64,000 nucleotides of DNA, from the IMG/VR virus record IMGVR_UViG_3300016476_001289. The stretch is one strand, 5' to 3'. The translations under genes were made by a program, and so were the position numbers. The notes beneath the pieces were generated by a model. It did no database searches. It was not told the DNA's origin and worked only from the letters and a program-made list of their open reading frames with translations. Positions 18,801 to 28,458 of the stretch are shown piece by piece (within the stretch, counting starts at the first letter, position 1; every line of letters begins with the position of its first letter). Source of the stretch: a virus.

Positions 18801-20956
18801 TTTATCGATCAGATGTAGGCATCACTAGAGATGAGTTTATTAAAACTTTCATTAAACAATCTCTTACTAGGAATATAAAAAACTCAGAACCTACTGCAGA
18901 ATTAACATCTAACTTATTAGATGTTTCTACTATAAACAGTAACCCTAATATTCCTAGTCAGGTGAAAGATTTAATAAAAGACCCTACAAGTTTATTTAAA
19001 GAAAATAAAGTAGTCCAAGAAGCTACTAATATTTCCACAAATATATCCGATATTGTAGCAAGTCAAGCCGTTGATATTGCTTACCAAGAATTTAACAAAG
19101 GTCTTGCTTTTGAATGGAATCAATACACCAAGTATGCTTGGATGGCTGCTAATGGTGGTGCAGACTCTGTTAATAAACCTGAGTATGCTATCTTAAATGC
19201 AGGTAATGTCTATATAGATGCTAATTACTTTAAAGCGATATTTGGTGCTTTTACCGTTAATAAATCTTGGGATGAGTTAAAAGCATGGAATGATAGTGGT
19301 CGTACAAAACTATTAAATAATGAATGGTGTGGATCTCTACCTGCTTTTTGCTATAAAGACCTAGTTAAAGACCCAAATCTAATTAAGGATAAATTCCCAT
19401 CTACATTGAGACTATTTAATGCTTCTGGAACTACAAAAACGGGAACGGAATTTTTATATCGGATGGAATGGCTTGATGGTAAAAACATAAGTGAAGAAGA
19501 TATCAAGAAAGGGGATATTATTGTAGTATGGGATAATAAAGAAGCTTCTTCAAAAGCTACGGGTAATCATATTACCTTATGTATAGAACCCCCTTCAGGA
19601 GATACTTTTTTAACTATAGAAGGAAACCGAGATAAGAATCCAGGTGGGGAAGAACCACCTATTAAAGGTGAGAATAACACTCTAAGTCGTTTAGGACAAG
19701 GTGTACTTAAACATAAAAGAAACATCAAAGATATTAGATTTGTATATAGAATAAGAGAAGGTTTCTTGAAATCCCCTGTTGCTATACCCCAAGAAGGAGT
19801 ACAAAACCAATCCTTTAAAAATGAACTTGAGAAACAAGTGACTTATGCAGCAGGTAACTTATGGACGGCTATCTTAACAGGACATAAAGCCTATTTTGAT
19901 CTTATATCCAATCCCCCTGAAAAAAGAACAGAGTCTGAACTTGATACTTCTAAGTTAGAATACCAAAAACTAAGTGAGACCTTATTAGCTCTTAATGTTA
20001 AAGCTAACCCCATAAATGTAAAACCTAAGAATATTAATCCTATTACACCAGATAGTTCATATAGTAAAGATACTAAAAAGAGTATGGTATTTCCTGTATC
20101 TGATGAAGAGGGTTATGAAGTTTATGGTTTTCAAGCTTATGGTAGAGGATTAGATTTAAAAGTAAATGGTACTTATATGTCTTTAGTAGAACAAGATTTT
20201 ACTAGATTATTAGGAACTGATGAAATTGAAAGCCTTTACAAGATACTTAAAAGTACAAAAAATAATGATGATTTAAAAAAAGATATAGGTAAACAATTAG
20301 AAGCTTCTGCTAAAAAATTTGCTGAGATGTCCCCTGAAGAAAGAGATGTTATCTATAACAGCACAGGTTTAGAAAGACCGGATGAAAAAGGTTCTATTCA
20401 AGAAGCTTTTATAACAGGCTTAACAAATAGAATTTTAAGTGAAACAGAAACTAATAAATATGTAGTAGCAGGTAATGTTCCCAAAGCACTTAATCAAATA
20501 GCACCTGGAGGTATTAAAAATAGTGGGTCTGTTTGTCTATGTAGAGGCTATGATTCCGATTTAGATTTAGAAAACCTAACTGAATATAACACACCTTATG
20601 TTAAGTTAGATTTTAGTGGATCTGAACCTGATACTTTCTCTCAAAAGCTACATGATGTAATGATAGAAAAAGGTCTTGATTGGAAAGTAGATCAAGATAA
20701 TTATAGGGGGTCAGAAGATATAAGTTCTTCTAATCTAAATATAGGTGCTAGAGTCACATCTAGTATAAATACAATTAAGAATAACTTTAACACAGCTGAT
20801 GATAAGTTAAAAACACTTACTGAGACTTATTCAAATAGTTTAGAATCAATAGACCAAAAAGAAAAGATGGCACTTGAAAAAGCAGCACTTGAATCTTCAG
20901 GTGATGTAATTGCTTCCTCTGGTATTCTATGGACTGAAAAGAAAGGGACTAAATAA
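15872..20956 (+). CDS. baseplate hub protein with inserted CHAP/NlpC-like amidase domain
   Basis: Hub-like motifs (FEFYQDVDGDLVFKPP, LRPEIKPGYPVY, YYVTSVSHDF) plus EWC...KKGDIIV...GNH...TIEGN. Confidence 0.7.
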   Translation: MTISVKGGNSATTTGRILDRPYVGLWKPNFRKVLSYSPDALVYINGDTSLVGCKDCNNRIDFQPYITSVSAGAGVDSSSGDSTISFSIPKHHGDSIFKDGAFLITPGLEVNVYIRGVFDVKELNANEIVEYEDESYNLKDLKMKPYYPVFHGVVTSISYAYSGGFYNGSFSCNNLLYFWQYQFIDTNTAAMAARPSESPGQVQMLGHKFTGMTPHQIIYQLYKDSGGSAQGIVAGINKKTNVNARVGKQDAFSLSLRYWERRFSQGMYGLRMHGTSGRLFSSLEQVFYGNTKGGVISRVISDTLGVANKTQSKKGTPDPTGGEADILRKRNIVRLNGSGNTRIVERAPDVNTVQATSEKDSKGQLTSDMQAYILDIGNLASINLWESSYESKQQIASTVAEKANFEFYQDVDGDLVFKPPLYNLNTKASRVYVLKPEDIISMNFSVKEPQYTYAVVKGVNFKNINGVVEDEFLAPKSTYIDYRLVAKYGWRPLDIDSNIITNTTAAFYYAAAELDRQNQDAETASVSITLRPEIKPGYPVYIEHIDCFYYVTSVSHDFSYGSSCSTTIEIKARRKRFMPPGDINVSYKDDPSRAVDLINTYKGSKYLKKKEEVVGTTGLENETKYKVTGFPNVVMGLDLTRIDPNFFYMGTETLEIDKPYFKNMLIVEAMNLKVLTLAPDSTDDIFSENAKFVVLNPIDNGPPQQIGTISGKDISQGQKDISSINTDYQKDLQSAVGKNNKKLTPEEKADAQQKVKEDMEKAYNTLTEVDNRNAKDQSENVSFIYNEEYERSLLNPPEGQLPVLTLLDLINTVRINKQRANESSTGMGSTANILELLSNKKNAFSPHVPGYFRYYSSSHPDPKMQGATEIEFSVTDGEIKSVGERLLKTTDDRFNGNKINTVKHDPSGDGDTVVFTEDYPKAGLKVKNPFTKNIEVIATNEITSLTFQEHEVYRKVVKDKKAKKSKEELWVQLPTDFYRSDVGITRDEFIKTFIKQSLTRNIKNSEPTAELTSNLLDVSTINSNPNIPSQVKDLIKDPTSLFKENKVVQEATNISTNISDIVASQAVDIAYQEFNKGLAFEWNQYTKYAWMAANGGADSVNKPEYAILNAGNVYIDANYFKAIFGAFTVNKSWDELKAWNDSGRTKLLNNEWCGSLPAFCYKDLVKDPNLIKDKFPSTLRLFNASGTTKTGTEFLYRMEWLDGKNISEEDIKKGDIIVVWDNKEASSKATGNHITLCIEPPSGDTFLTIEGNRDKNPGGEEPPIKGENNTLSRLGQGVLKHKRNIKDIRFVYRIREGFLKSPVAIPQEGVQNQSFKNELEKQVTYAAGNLWTAILTGHKAYFDLISNPPEKRTESELDTSKLEYQKLSETLLALNVKANPINVKPKNINPITPDSSYSKDTKKSMVFPVSDEEGYEVYGFQAYGRGLDLKVNGTYMSLVEQDFTRLLGTDEIESLYKILKSTKNNDDLKKDIGKQLEASAKKFAEMSPEERDVIYNSTGLERPDEKGSIQEAFITGLTNRILSETETNKYVVAGNVPKALNQIAPGGIKNSGSVCLCRGYDSDLDLENLTEYNTPYVKLDFSGSEPDTFSQKLHDVMIEKGLDWKVDQDNYRGSEDISSSNLNIGARVTSSINTIKNNFNTADDKLKTLTETYSNSLESIDQKEKMALEKAALESSGDVIASSGILWTEKKGTK

Positions 20957-20957
20957 A

Positions 20958-23177
20958 ATGGATGCTGGTCAAATGAAATCCGAATTTAAGAGTAGTTTAA
21001 CTAGACCTAATAATCCTAGTACTGGTTGGTCTGCCCTTTCTCTTGGTACTGCTAAAATCCAAATGATTAACTGGGAAGAATTTAGATGTACTATTAAAGT
21101 TCTTGAAGGTGAAAAAGAAGAACCTATCTATGATGGTGTTGAATTACTCTTCCCAGGTATAGGTTCAAGACATTTTCTTGGTGCTATTCCTGAAGTAGGT
21201 GATATGTGTGTTGTCGGTTGGTTTGTTATCGATTCCACAGGTGCAGCAGGTAATAAAAGACCTGCTATCCTCGCTTGGCTTCCTAAAGCACACTATCTCG
21301 GTCAAGAATGGATTCCAACACAATCTTTTAATGAAGAAGAAGGTCTTTTAAATACCCCTAAGGACAGAAAACTCTTAGATGGTACTATTAATCGTATCCG
21401 TCATAAAATAAGACACTATGAACCGGGTAATATCGGTGCTTCTTCTTCTCAAGGTTCTGATCTTGTCCTAGATGAAGGTGTATTATTATCTAATAGAAGA
21501 GCTAATGAAATTAGATTAAGAGACCAAGACCAAGCATTAGTTGTTAGATCACTTCAACAATTCCATGCTATGAGTGGTGCTAGAATTTATGGTGGGATGG
21601 TTCAAAGAGATGCTAGGATTATACCTTATGACCTTATATCTGATGGTCGTGCTTGGGACAGCCCCACCCAACTTGACTTATCTGGTAAACCCATTAGTGA
21701 AACTCAATTAAAACCGGATAACAATAAAGACACCTATCAACCCCACCCATTATTTAGAAAAAGTAGCTTAAATAGTAAATCTGCTTTTGAAAATGATGTC
21801 GGTGAAGACTTGCCTACTTTTATAGACCCCTATAAGTTAATGTACTCAGCTAACCTTATAGATGAAAATCTAAAGACAAGTTCAGAAATTGATTTTAATG
21901 TCTATGGTGGTAAAGCTATTCTTAGATATGATGTTGAAGGTAAAAAGACTTTTACTCAAGCTACTACGGAATATCGTATAGAATTAAACCACACCACAGA
22001 TGGTACTTTACCTGTCACCGAACAAACTGATGGTATGGATATAGATAGGATACCTAATCAAAGAGGTGCTTCAGATAAAGCACCTTATATAGAATGGGTC
22101 TTAGGTACTGTTGTAGGTAATGATGCTTTCACGGATGGTGGTAAAAAGCTATATGGGAAACCCTTATATTCAAATGACTTTGGGTTTATAGACGATGCTA
22201 CTGATTTACCTATAGAAAACCACCTAGCTACTTTATTTAGAATAAAACCTGTTATAGGTGAAGATGCTCCTACATATATGGGTTTCACTAAGGGTGGTGC
22301 TTTTAGAGGATATATAGGAGCAAGAGAACCTGTAGGTGCTAAACTTAAAATGGAAGGGGGTTTGGGATTAGAAGTCTTAGGTAAAACTAATATTCTATAT
22401 GGTACAGGATTAAGTATAAGTGGAGATGGTGGTTTAGATATTAAGAGTAATAGGAATAGTATCTATATGTTTGCTGGTGGAACTTTTAAAGGTGATGGTA
22501 GTAGTATAGTCTTAGAAGGTAAAGGTAATGTAACCTTAAAGTCAAGTGATGCTATTGTTTTAGATGCCCCTTCAGTAAGATTAAAAAATGCGAGTGCTTT
22601 ATCTTTCTCAAGTCAGAGTAATTTTGATATTAATAGTGGTGAGTCTGTAAGTATAAAGACAAATACAATGAAACAGACTGTTATGGGGGGACAAAGTTCT
22701 GCTTTTAGTTCTTTAAATCCTCTTGTACCCGCTAGAGATGTTAAGATTATAGCAGGTCCTGGTATTGTAGATCAGACTACATATACAGCAGGTACAAGAA
22801 GCACCGTAGCTTTAACTAACTTAAATGATATAACGACAATACCTACGGGTGCTATAACACAAACAGTAGGTGTAGGAAGTATAACACAAACAGCTAATGG
22901 TAATATAAGTTCCATATCACCAGCAGGTATATCTCATACCGCAGTAGTAGGGAATGTTAATATAACAGCATTAGCAGGTCTTACAACTATTGTAGGTAAT
23001 GCAGGTGTAAGTATAACAACACCATCAGCCTTAGTATTAAGAGGGACAGCTATAACATTATTAAGCCCGGGTGCGTCAGTGGGTCCTATTATGTGTGGTA
23101 GTGATATAAATCCTGTGACAGGAACACCATTCTTAGCGACTATGATACCTAGAGGTCAAAATTTAGCTATTGGGTAA
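20958..23177 (+). CDS. baseplate central spike (gp5/VgrG-like)
   Basis: N-terminal OB-fold pattern (IPEVGDMCVVGW) and a C-terminal Thr/Gly/Ile-rich beta-repeat. ATG at 20958 preferred over the track's TTG at 20910. Confidence 0.7.
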   Translation: MDAGQMKSEFKSSLTRPNNPSTGWSALSLGTAKIQMINWEEFRCTIKVLEGEKEEPIYDGVELLFPGIGSRHFLGAIPEVGDMCVVGWFVIDSTGAAGNKRPAILAWLPKAHYLGQEWIPTQSFNEEEGLLNTPKDRKLLDGTINRIRHKIRHYEPGNIGASSSQGSDLVLDEGVLLSNRRANEIRLRDQDQALVVRSLQQFHAMSGARIYGGMVQRDARIIPYDLISDGRAWDSPTQLDLSGKPISETQLKPDNNKDTYQPHPLFRKSSLNSKSAFENDVGEDLPTFIDPYKLMYSANLIDENLKTSSEIDFNVYGGKAILRYDVEGKKTFTQATTEYRIELNHTTDGTLPVTEQTDGMDIDRIPNQRGASDKAPYIEWVLGTVVGNDAFTDGGKKLYGKPLYSNDFGFIDDATDLPIENHLATLFRIKPVIGEDAPTYMGFTKGGAFRGYIGAREPVGAKLKMEGGLGLEVLGKTNILYGTGLSISGDGGLDIKSNRNSIYMFAGGTFKGDGSSIVLEGKGNVTLKSSDAIVLDAPSVRLKNASALSFSSQSNFDINSGESVSIKTNTMKQTVMGGQSSAFSSLNPLVPARDVKIIAGPGIVDQTTYTAGTRSTVALTNLNDITTIPTGAITQTVGVGSITQTANGNISSISPAGISHTAVVGNVNITALAGLTTIVGNAGVSITTPSALVLRGTAITLLSPGASVGPIMCGSDINPVTGTPFLATMIPRGQNLAIG

Positions 23178-24012
23178 TAGGTTTTAAGTTCTTAGTAATA
23201 TACCCATTTTTATATAACCAATACATTTGGAATGTTATGGCAGCAGGTAATAGAATATTCCAACCTATTTTTAAAGCTTTTAGAATCATACCACCGGGTA
23301 AGTCAGGTATTAGCAAGGTCAATACATAACCTACACCAGACTCAGGTAAAGACTCAATTAGTTCTTCCCAAGAGATCATACCTAACATACCCCTTACAAT
23401 ATCTACTATATCCCAAGATATTTCAGTAACTGTTGTCCATATCTTCCAATAGATATATGCCTTAATAGGAACAGATAAAGCTTTTAATATATGACTATGA
23501 CTTAGAATATCATCTAAAACTTTAGCAAAAGACTTTGCTTTTTTACCTATCCCCTTTAAAAATTTTTGGATAGGTGTAGGTAATTTTTCTATTAAAGAGT
23601 GCAACATATTTGTTAAAGTGGGTATATCATTATAGACTTGTATAAAGATATGAACAATTTCAAATTCTTTATCTAATTTAGAAAGTATAGATTTAAGTTC
23701 TAATTTACCTTTTTCTAAGAACGCACCAAATTTCTTATCGAATTCTTTAATTTGTTCCCATGTAGATATAGCAGACATACCTATCATCTCTTTAAATCTA
23801 TTCCAGTATTCAGGCATCTTTTGAAAACCCTCATATAATTGTTTAAGTTTAATAGATAAAGACCCAAACCCTGCTGTCTTTACTATATGTCTTCCAAACA
23901 CTTCAAGGGTATTTATATTCAATTCTCTTCTTACAATACTAGCACTCTTAGTTAAAGGTGTGTTCTTTATTGCTATATAACAAGCATATCTTATTTTCAT
24001 TTGTGTATTCAT
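23167..24012 (-). CDS. hypothetical protein with K-x-A motifs and hydrophobic C-terminus
   Basis: 281-aa ORF; TKSA|S and VKTA|G near the N-terminus; TAAA-TATT-TTATG motif upstream (24044-24057, minus). Confidence 0.75.
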   Translation of the reverse strand: MNTQMKIRYACYIAIKNTPLTKSASIVRRELNINTLEVFGRHIVKTAGFGSLSIKLKQLYEGFQKMPEYWNRFKEMIGMSAISTWEQIKEFDKKFGAFLEKGKLELKSILSKLDKEFEIVHIFIQVYNDIPTLTNMLHSLIEKLPTPIQKFLKGIGKKAKSFAKVLDDILSHSHILKALSVPIKAYIYWKIWTTVTEISWDIVDIVRGMLGMISWEELIESLPESGVGYVLTLLIPDLPGGMILKALKIGWNILLPAAITFQMYWLYKNGYITKNLKPITQ

Positions 24013-24038
24013 AACTTAATCTCTCTTCATACTAGAGA

Positions 24039-24725
24039 TTAAAACATAAAATATTTATTTAACCCTTCCATACCCTCTCTTGTCCATAAATCATTAGGAT
24101 CTTTACCTCTATATTTACATTCAAATACTCTCATACCTAATTTACTTAACTTCCTTAATACATCTTGTGATTTAGCTTTACCTGTTTCATCATTATCATA
24201 ACACATATAGATAGATGACATAGGTGTATAAAACCTCTCAAAGAGTTTAATTGTATTTTCATCTATACCTGCTCTCATAGTTGAGCATACTGTATGGTGA
24301 GATGAGACTGCTTTTTGTAAAGCTACTAAATCGAAGATACCTTCAACGATATAAATATCATCACCATTCCATAAAGACTCAACTACTTTGTGAGCATTGA
24401 TAAGGGTAGGTAGCCATTGACTACGATCTAGCATATATTTATGGACTCTCTTATTACCTTCTGAGTCCCAAGTTCTAGCTTCAAATCCTATAATTTTATT
24501 TCTAGGGCAAGACACAGGGATAATAAGGTGGTCTTTTAATCTTTCACCCTTTGTACCAAAGTTGCTAACAAATCTTGGGCAAGGGATATTGATTTTAATT
24601 TTATTAGGGTCAAAGGTATGGAATAAGATACCTGTGTTTTCATCTACACCACGAGATTTTAAGTAAGCATAATGGGCGGGACTTACAAACATGGTAGATA
24701 AAATTTCTTCTAACCAGTCATACAT
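24039..24725 (-). CDS. DNA primase catalytic core (Toprim) lacking a zinc finger
   Basis: YLKSRG, LIIPV...GFEAR, IYIVEGIFD, MCYDNDETG, KDPND are DnaG RNAP-core/Toprim motifs. Confidence 0.88.
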   Translation of the reverse strand: MYDWLEEILSTMFVSPAHYAYLKSRGVDENTGILFHTFDPNKIKINIPCPRFVSNFGTKGERLKDHLIIPVSCPRNKIIGFEARTWDSEGNKRVHKYMLDRSQWLPTLINAHKVVESLWNGDDIYIVEGIFDLVALQKAVSSHHTVCSTMRAGIDENTIKLFERFYTPMSSIYMCYDNDETGKAKSQDVLRKLSKLGMRVFECKYRGKDPNDLWTREGMEGLNKYFMF

Positions 24726-24772
24726 ATAGAATTTATCCTCTCAGCAAATGGATATTACTGAGATATATTATA

Positions 24773-24961
24773 TTATGCCCATGCTGGTGGTTGTGCTTTA
24801 CCTTCTTTTACATCTTTACCTAAGTTATGTCCCTTAGTATAAAATTCTAGTGCTGTTGCTTCTGTAGGTGGTTCATGTTTTCCTGCTAGACCATCTTGAT
24901 AACCCCTAATTGTTTCTGTGTTAATAGCACTAGCAGGTGAACCTGTTCTCATCATAGCCAT
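24773..24961 (-). CDS. small hypothetical protein
   Basis: 62-aa ORF with GGAG SD. Confidence 0.6.
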   Translation of the reverse strand: MAMMRTGSPASAINTETIRGYQDGLAGKHEPPTEATALEFYTKGHNLGKDVKEGKAQPPAWA

Positions 24962-25033
24962 TTTATTACTCCATTTGTATATTTATACTTGTATAGTGTA
25001 TATAAATTCATTATACAATCAATAGGAGCTAAA

Positions 25034-25291
25034 ATGAAATATCTCTTTATACTTTCTCTCTTATGTTTCACCTTATTATATGCTCAAGAAAACAAGTACC
25101 CTTCTCATGAAGAAATTAGAACTTGCTTAGAATATTGTGCTTTACCTGCTGATAAAAAGAAATTAAGAGAAGGTGAAGCATTTAAAGTTTGTGGTGATTG
25201 TTCTAATACTTGTTTTAAAGATAAAGATGCTTGTCTAGGTGAAATAGAAGAAGATTTAGAAGTACATGACAAAAAAGGTAAAAAGAAATGA
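25034..25291 (+). CDS. small secreted Cys-rich protein
   Basis: MKYLFILSLLCFTLLYAQ signal-peptide-like N-terminus; six Cys in the mature part; AGGAG SD before ATG 25034. Confidence 0.65.
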   Translation: MKYLFILSLLCFTLLYAQENKYPSHEEIRTCLEYCALPADKKKLREGEAFKVCGDCSNTCFKDKDACLGEIEEDLEVHDKKGKKK

Positions 25292-25863
25292 GTCAAGATA
25301 CTAATATATTCGGTGGTGGTAATGCCCTATCTTTATATATTCCCCTTACTGAAATTGAAAGAGAGTTTATCAGTCGTCTTGTGGAATCAAATGACTTATA
25401 TATTCTTATTCATGAATGGGGTATTGTAAATCAGTGTAGGGCTACTTTTGGAGATAAGAACTTACACTTATATTTTACTATGGCATTTGATAGACCTGAA
25501 GCACCTATGCCGGTATGGTTTTTTGATCTTGAATTAAAAACAAGGTCAGGAATTAGTCTTTTTAGACAAAAGCTACCTTGTGATTATGATGGTAAACCTT
25601 TAAGTGTCTGTCAAGGTGTTCAATTAGAAATGGTATGGGATATATCTATTAATGCTATTGACCCTAAATTGATTAAATCTCTTATGCCTCAAACAATAGG
25701 TCTTACTTCTCGTAGACAAGATAAAGACACGGGTGATTTAACTGTTGAGGGGAATATGAAGTTAAATGCTTTACAAAAGAATAGAGCTTATGAATTACAC
25801 CAAAGAGAAAATAAGATGAAGAACGATAGGTGGGAGTGGAGAAAGAAATCTCGCAAGGTATAA
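25288..25863 (+). CDS. hypothetical protein
   Basis: 191-aa ORF, ATGA overlap. Confidence 0.75.
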   Translation: MSQDTNIFGGGNALSLYIPLTEIEREFISRLVESNDLYILIHEWGIVNQCRATFGDKNLHLYFTMAFDRPEAPMPVWFFDLELKTRSGISLFRQKLPCDYDGKPLSVCQGVQLEMVWDISINAIDPKLIKSLMPQTIGLTSRRQDKDTGDLTVEGNMKLNALQKNRAYELHQRENKMKNDRWEWRKKSRKV

Positions 25864-25910
25864 TTTGTTTATAGGATAGCTTATAGGTATTACATATATG
25901 AAAGGCTATC
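25861..25910 (+). promoter_or_regulatory. late-promoter motif plus SD-overlapping hairpin
   Basis: TAAT-TTGT-TTATAG; GATAGCTT (25875-82) pairs with AGGCTATC (25903-10), covering the AGG of the SD. Confidence 0.4.
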
Positions 25911-25913
25911 TAA

Positions 25914-26153
25914 ATGTTTACACAAGCTGAAAAGTTAAAGATGATTCGTTTAGCAATGTTGAAAAAACAAGCTAAAAATTTACCTAAAGAAGTAGAAGAA
26001 AAAGCGAAATTACTTATAGATAAAGGCTATGATGTAGGTAAAGCATGGGCAATTTCTTGGAGCATCTGGTGTCGTTACCTCAATCCAAAATCAGAACACT
26101 GTCATATGAGACCTAGTGATTATTTTAAAAGTCGTAAGAAAAAGAAAGTTTAG
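25914..26153 (+). CDS. small basic protein with tag motif
   Basis: MIRLAMLKKQA leader followed by a KAWAISWSIWC core. Confidence 0.7.
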   Translation: MFTQAEKLKMIRLAMLKKQAKNLPKEVEEKAKLLIDKGYDVGKAWAISWSIWCRYLNPKSEHCHMRPSDYFKSRKKKKV

Positions 26154-27496
26154 TATTTAATTAACACATTATATAAGATACCATCTTCTAATTTGTCAAT
26201 GGTAATTTCAAGGTCTTGGGATTGGGTGAGATCAAGTTTATCTGCTTTAACTTGTTTAAGAAGGATTTGAGAACCTTTCTTTAAGGTGATATTTAGATCA
26301 GTAAAGCTAACCATTCTCTCTTCGGAAGTAATAGCTTCTTTAGGTTGTTCTTTTACAACTTTAGGTTGTTCTTTTACAACTTTGGGTTCTTCCTTTACAA
26401 CTTTAGGTTCTTCCTTTACGACTTCTTCAACTACAACGATAGGTTCAATAGTAGGTTCATCTTCAACTACAACGATAGGTTCTTCAATATGAGAAGAACC
26501 TACTACAACAGACACTTGTTCTTCACCATGAATGACATGAAGTAGATCACTCACTTCTTTTCTCAATTCATCAGGTAATCGAGAATTGAAAACACTCTTA
26601 AAACAATTATTCACCCTAGATTGATTCTTAGTATGTTCAACATCTATATGCTTATCATCAAAGAATGAATAAATCCATTTAGATTTTAATTGTAATGAAC
26701 ACTTTTTACGAATTTCTGTTAAATAGGTTTCAGTGTATTCAATAAGTTCATCTACATAGTAAGTATAAGAATCACCTAGATTTTCTCTGACTTTATCAAA
26801 CCAAAAATCTTTATTCTCCTTTTCATCCATAGAATGAAAAGGGAAGTAAGAGTAGATATTATTATCTACTAATGATTTGAAAGTATCATAGTATAGGTAA
26901 GTAGCAGTATCTTTTTTAGGTTCAATCACTTCGATCCCCTTGTCTAATTGCTCTTGTAATTTAAGTGCTTTTGTCTTTTTCATTTCTTGACCAATGTCAT
27001 ACATACGAGTTGACCAATTTTTGAAATCCTCAACAGCATTTAAAATTTTCTGTGTTGTCTCTAACATGGGAATATTTAATCTTTGTGATTCTTTTTTAGC
27101 CCACCCTCTTAAAGCATGACTTGCCATATCTTTCATTAAGAAAACAAATTCAGCAGAATCAGGAATAACACCTGTTGCTCTTCTCGCAGGTAATTTATGT
27201 CCAATTAACACAAATTCTAATCCAATAGCATCAGACATTTGGGGAATCCAATTATCTCTAACTAAAGGATGGTGTCCTCCTACTACATAAGTTTTAACTC
27301 TTCCTTCTTCTTTTCTTAAATTCTCTTCTGCTCCTTTTACTGATTGGAGTGATAGTGCCATCATTTTATGGGGTAGCATTGGCATAGACATTTGCTTAGG
27401 GTCTTTTACATCAACCATTTTTGTTCCTTTTTTTAGGGGGTCCGCATTGTGTTCAATAGTTAGTATGTTTGTATCAAATACAGACATTATAGTCAA
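26150..27496 (-). CDS. DUF2325-like domain protein with Pro/Val/Glu repeat linker
   Basis: YVVGGH...IPDSAEFVFLMKDMASHAL...AKKESQRLNIPML resembles DUF2325; C-terminal domain shared with 27493..28458. Confidence 0.65.
   Translation of the reverse strand: MTIMSVFDTNILTIEHNADPLKKGTKMVDVKDPKQMSMPMLPHKMMALSLQSVKGAEENLRKEEGRVKTYVVGGHHPLVRDNWIPQMSDAIGLEFVLIGHKLPARRATGVIPDSAEFVFLMKDMASHALRGWAKKESQRLNIPMLETTQKILNAVEDFKNWSTRMYDIGQEMKKTKALKLQEQLDKGIEVIEPKKDTATYLYYDTFKSLVDNNIYSYFPFHSMDEKENKDFWFDKVRENLGDSYTYYVDELIEYTETYLTEIRKKCSLQLKSKWIYSFFDDKHIDVEHTKNQSRVNNCFKSVFNSRLPDELRKEVSDLLHVIHGEEQVSVVVGSSHIEEPIVVVEDEPTIEPIVVVEEVVKEEPKVVKEEPKVVKEQPKVVKEQPKEAITSEERMVSFTDLNITLKKGSQILLKQVKADKLDLTQSQDLEITIDKLEDGILYNVLIKY
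26340..26423. repeat. coding tandem repeat, 4 x 21 bp (KEEPKVV/KEQPKVV)
   Basis: Plus-strand unit TTAGGTTGTTCTTTTACAACT and variants; no spacers. Confidence 0.9.
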
Positions 27497-28458
27497 GATA
27501 AAATAGATAAATTTAGTAATTTACCATTTTCAATGGAATCGACTTGGATATTAGCATTAAGGCTAACATTAGTAGCTTTAACTTCTTTAATAGAAAGATT
27601 AACACCTGTATTAAAAACTAAGCTGAAATTATCGAGAGAGATAGATTTCTTTTCTTGTTTAGGAACATAAACAACATTAGGTAAAGATTTTAAAAAGTCT
27701 TTGGTTTCAGGTGATACTTCTTTTTCAAAATAGCTATTAAATAAAGATAGGTAATCATCTAATGATTGATTAGGATTAGCGTCAATATAACCTAGTATCC
27801 ATTGTCTAAAGAATTTTTCATTAAAATCAGGTTCTTCACCTTTAAGGATATAAGCTAAAGAGTCTCTTAGGTATTGAATAAGAGATAAATGAGTAGCAAC
27901 AACACTTTTAGTATTTGAGAGATTCTCTAATTCAATTTCAATGAATTTTTGAACATACTCATGTGCAAGTTTAAATTCTTTTTTCTTATCAAGGTCTTTG
28001 ATATATGGGAATAAAGAATAAAGGACTTTTACATCTTTAAGTAAGATATCTCTAAAATCTTTAAAAGATAAAGGCATGGGACCTACATCTTTTATAAGGT
28101 TTAAAGATTCAATAAACATTGCGAATGGGGGTAAAGCTTCAAAGATAGCTTTCTTTAAATTAGAAGCTTCTCTTTCATCTGAATAAATGAGAGGGCATAC
28201 ATTCTTTTCTTGGAAAGCACTAACAAGCTTAGTAACACTTAAAGGGATTTTATTCATATCACAATAGAATAAAACAGCACCTGTTGATTTAGGAATGTTT
28301 ATAATTTCTCTTTCTTCTAAAGAGATAAACCCATTAATCAAGAATGGGAAGTTCACTTCTTTTGAGAGGTCTTTTAAGAGTTCATCTCTGATAAAGGAGT
28401 AATCAGTTTTTGAACTCACTACAAAAAGCTCGATTGCTTTCTTGTCTATTATCTTCAT
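27493..28458 (-). CDS. hypothetical protein sharing a C-terminal domain with the downstream gene
   Basis: 321-aa ORF, GGAAAAG SD-like site; C-terminal ~50 aa similar to that of 26150..27496. Confidence 0.75.
   Translation of the reverse strand: MKIIDKKAIELFVVSSKTDYSFIRDELLKDLSKEVNFPFLINGFISLEEREIINIPKSTGAVLFYCDMNKIPLSVTKLVSAFQEKNVCPLIYSDEREASNLKKAIFEALPPFAMFIESLNLIKDVGPMPLSFKDFRDILLKDVKVLYSLFPYIKDLDKKKEFKLAHEYVQKFIEIELENLSNTKSVVATHLSLIQYLRDSLAYILKGEEPDFNEKFFRQWILGYIDANPNQSLDDYLSLFNSYFEKEVSPETKDFLKSLPNVVYVPKQEKKSISLDNFSLVFNTGVNLSIKEVKATNVSLNANIQVDSIENGKLLNLSILS

Noticed and set aside
7932-23177. Bacterial eCIS, tailocin or T6SS locus, or a eukaryotic giant virus
   Set aside because: A long tape measure, phage replication genes, neck genes, SD-led dense operons and the absence of host housekeeping genes or NCLDV markers point to a tailed phage.
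26340-26482. Short direct repeats as a CRISPR array
   Set aside because: They are contiguous in-frame coding repeats (KEEPKVV, EPIVVVE) with no unique spacers and no cas genes.
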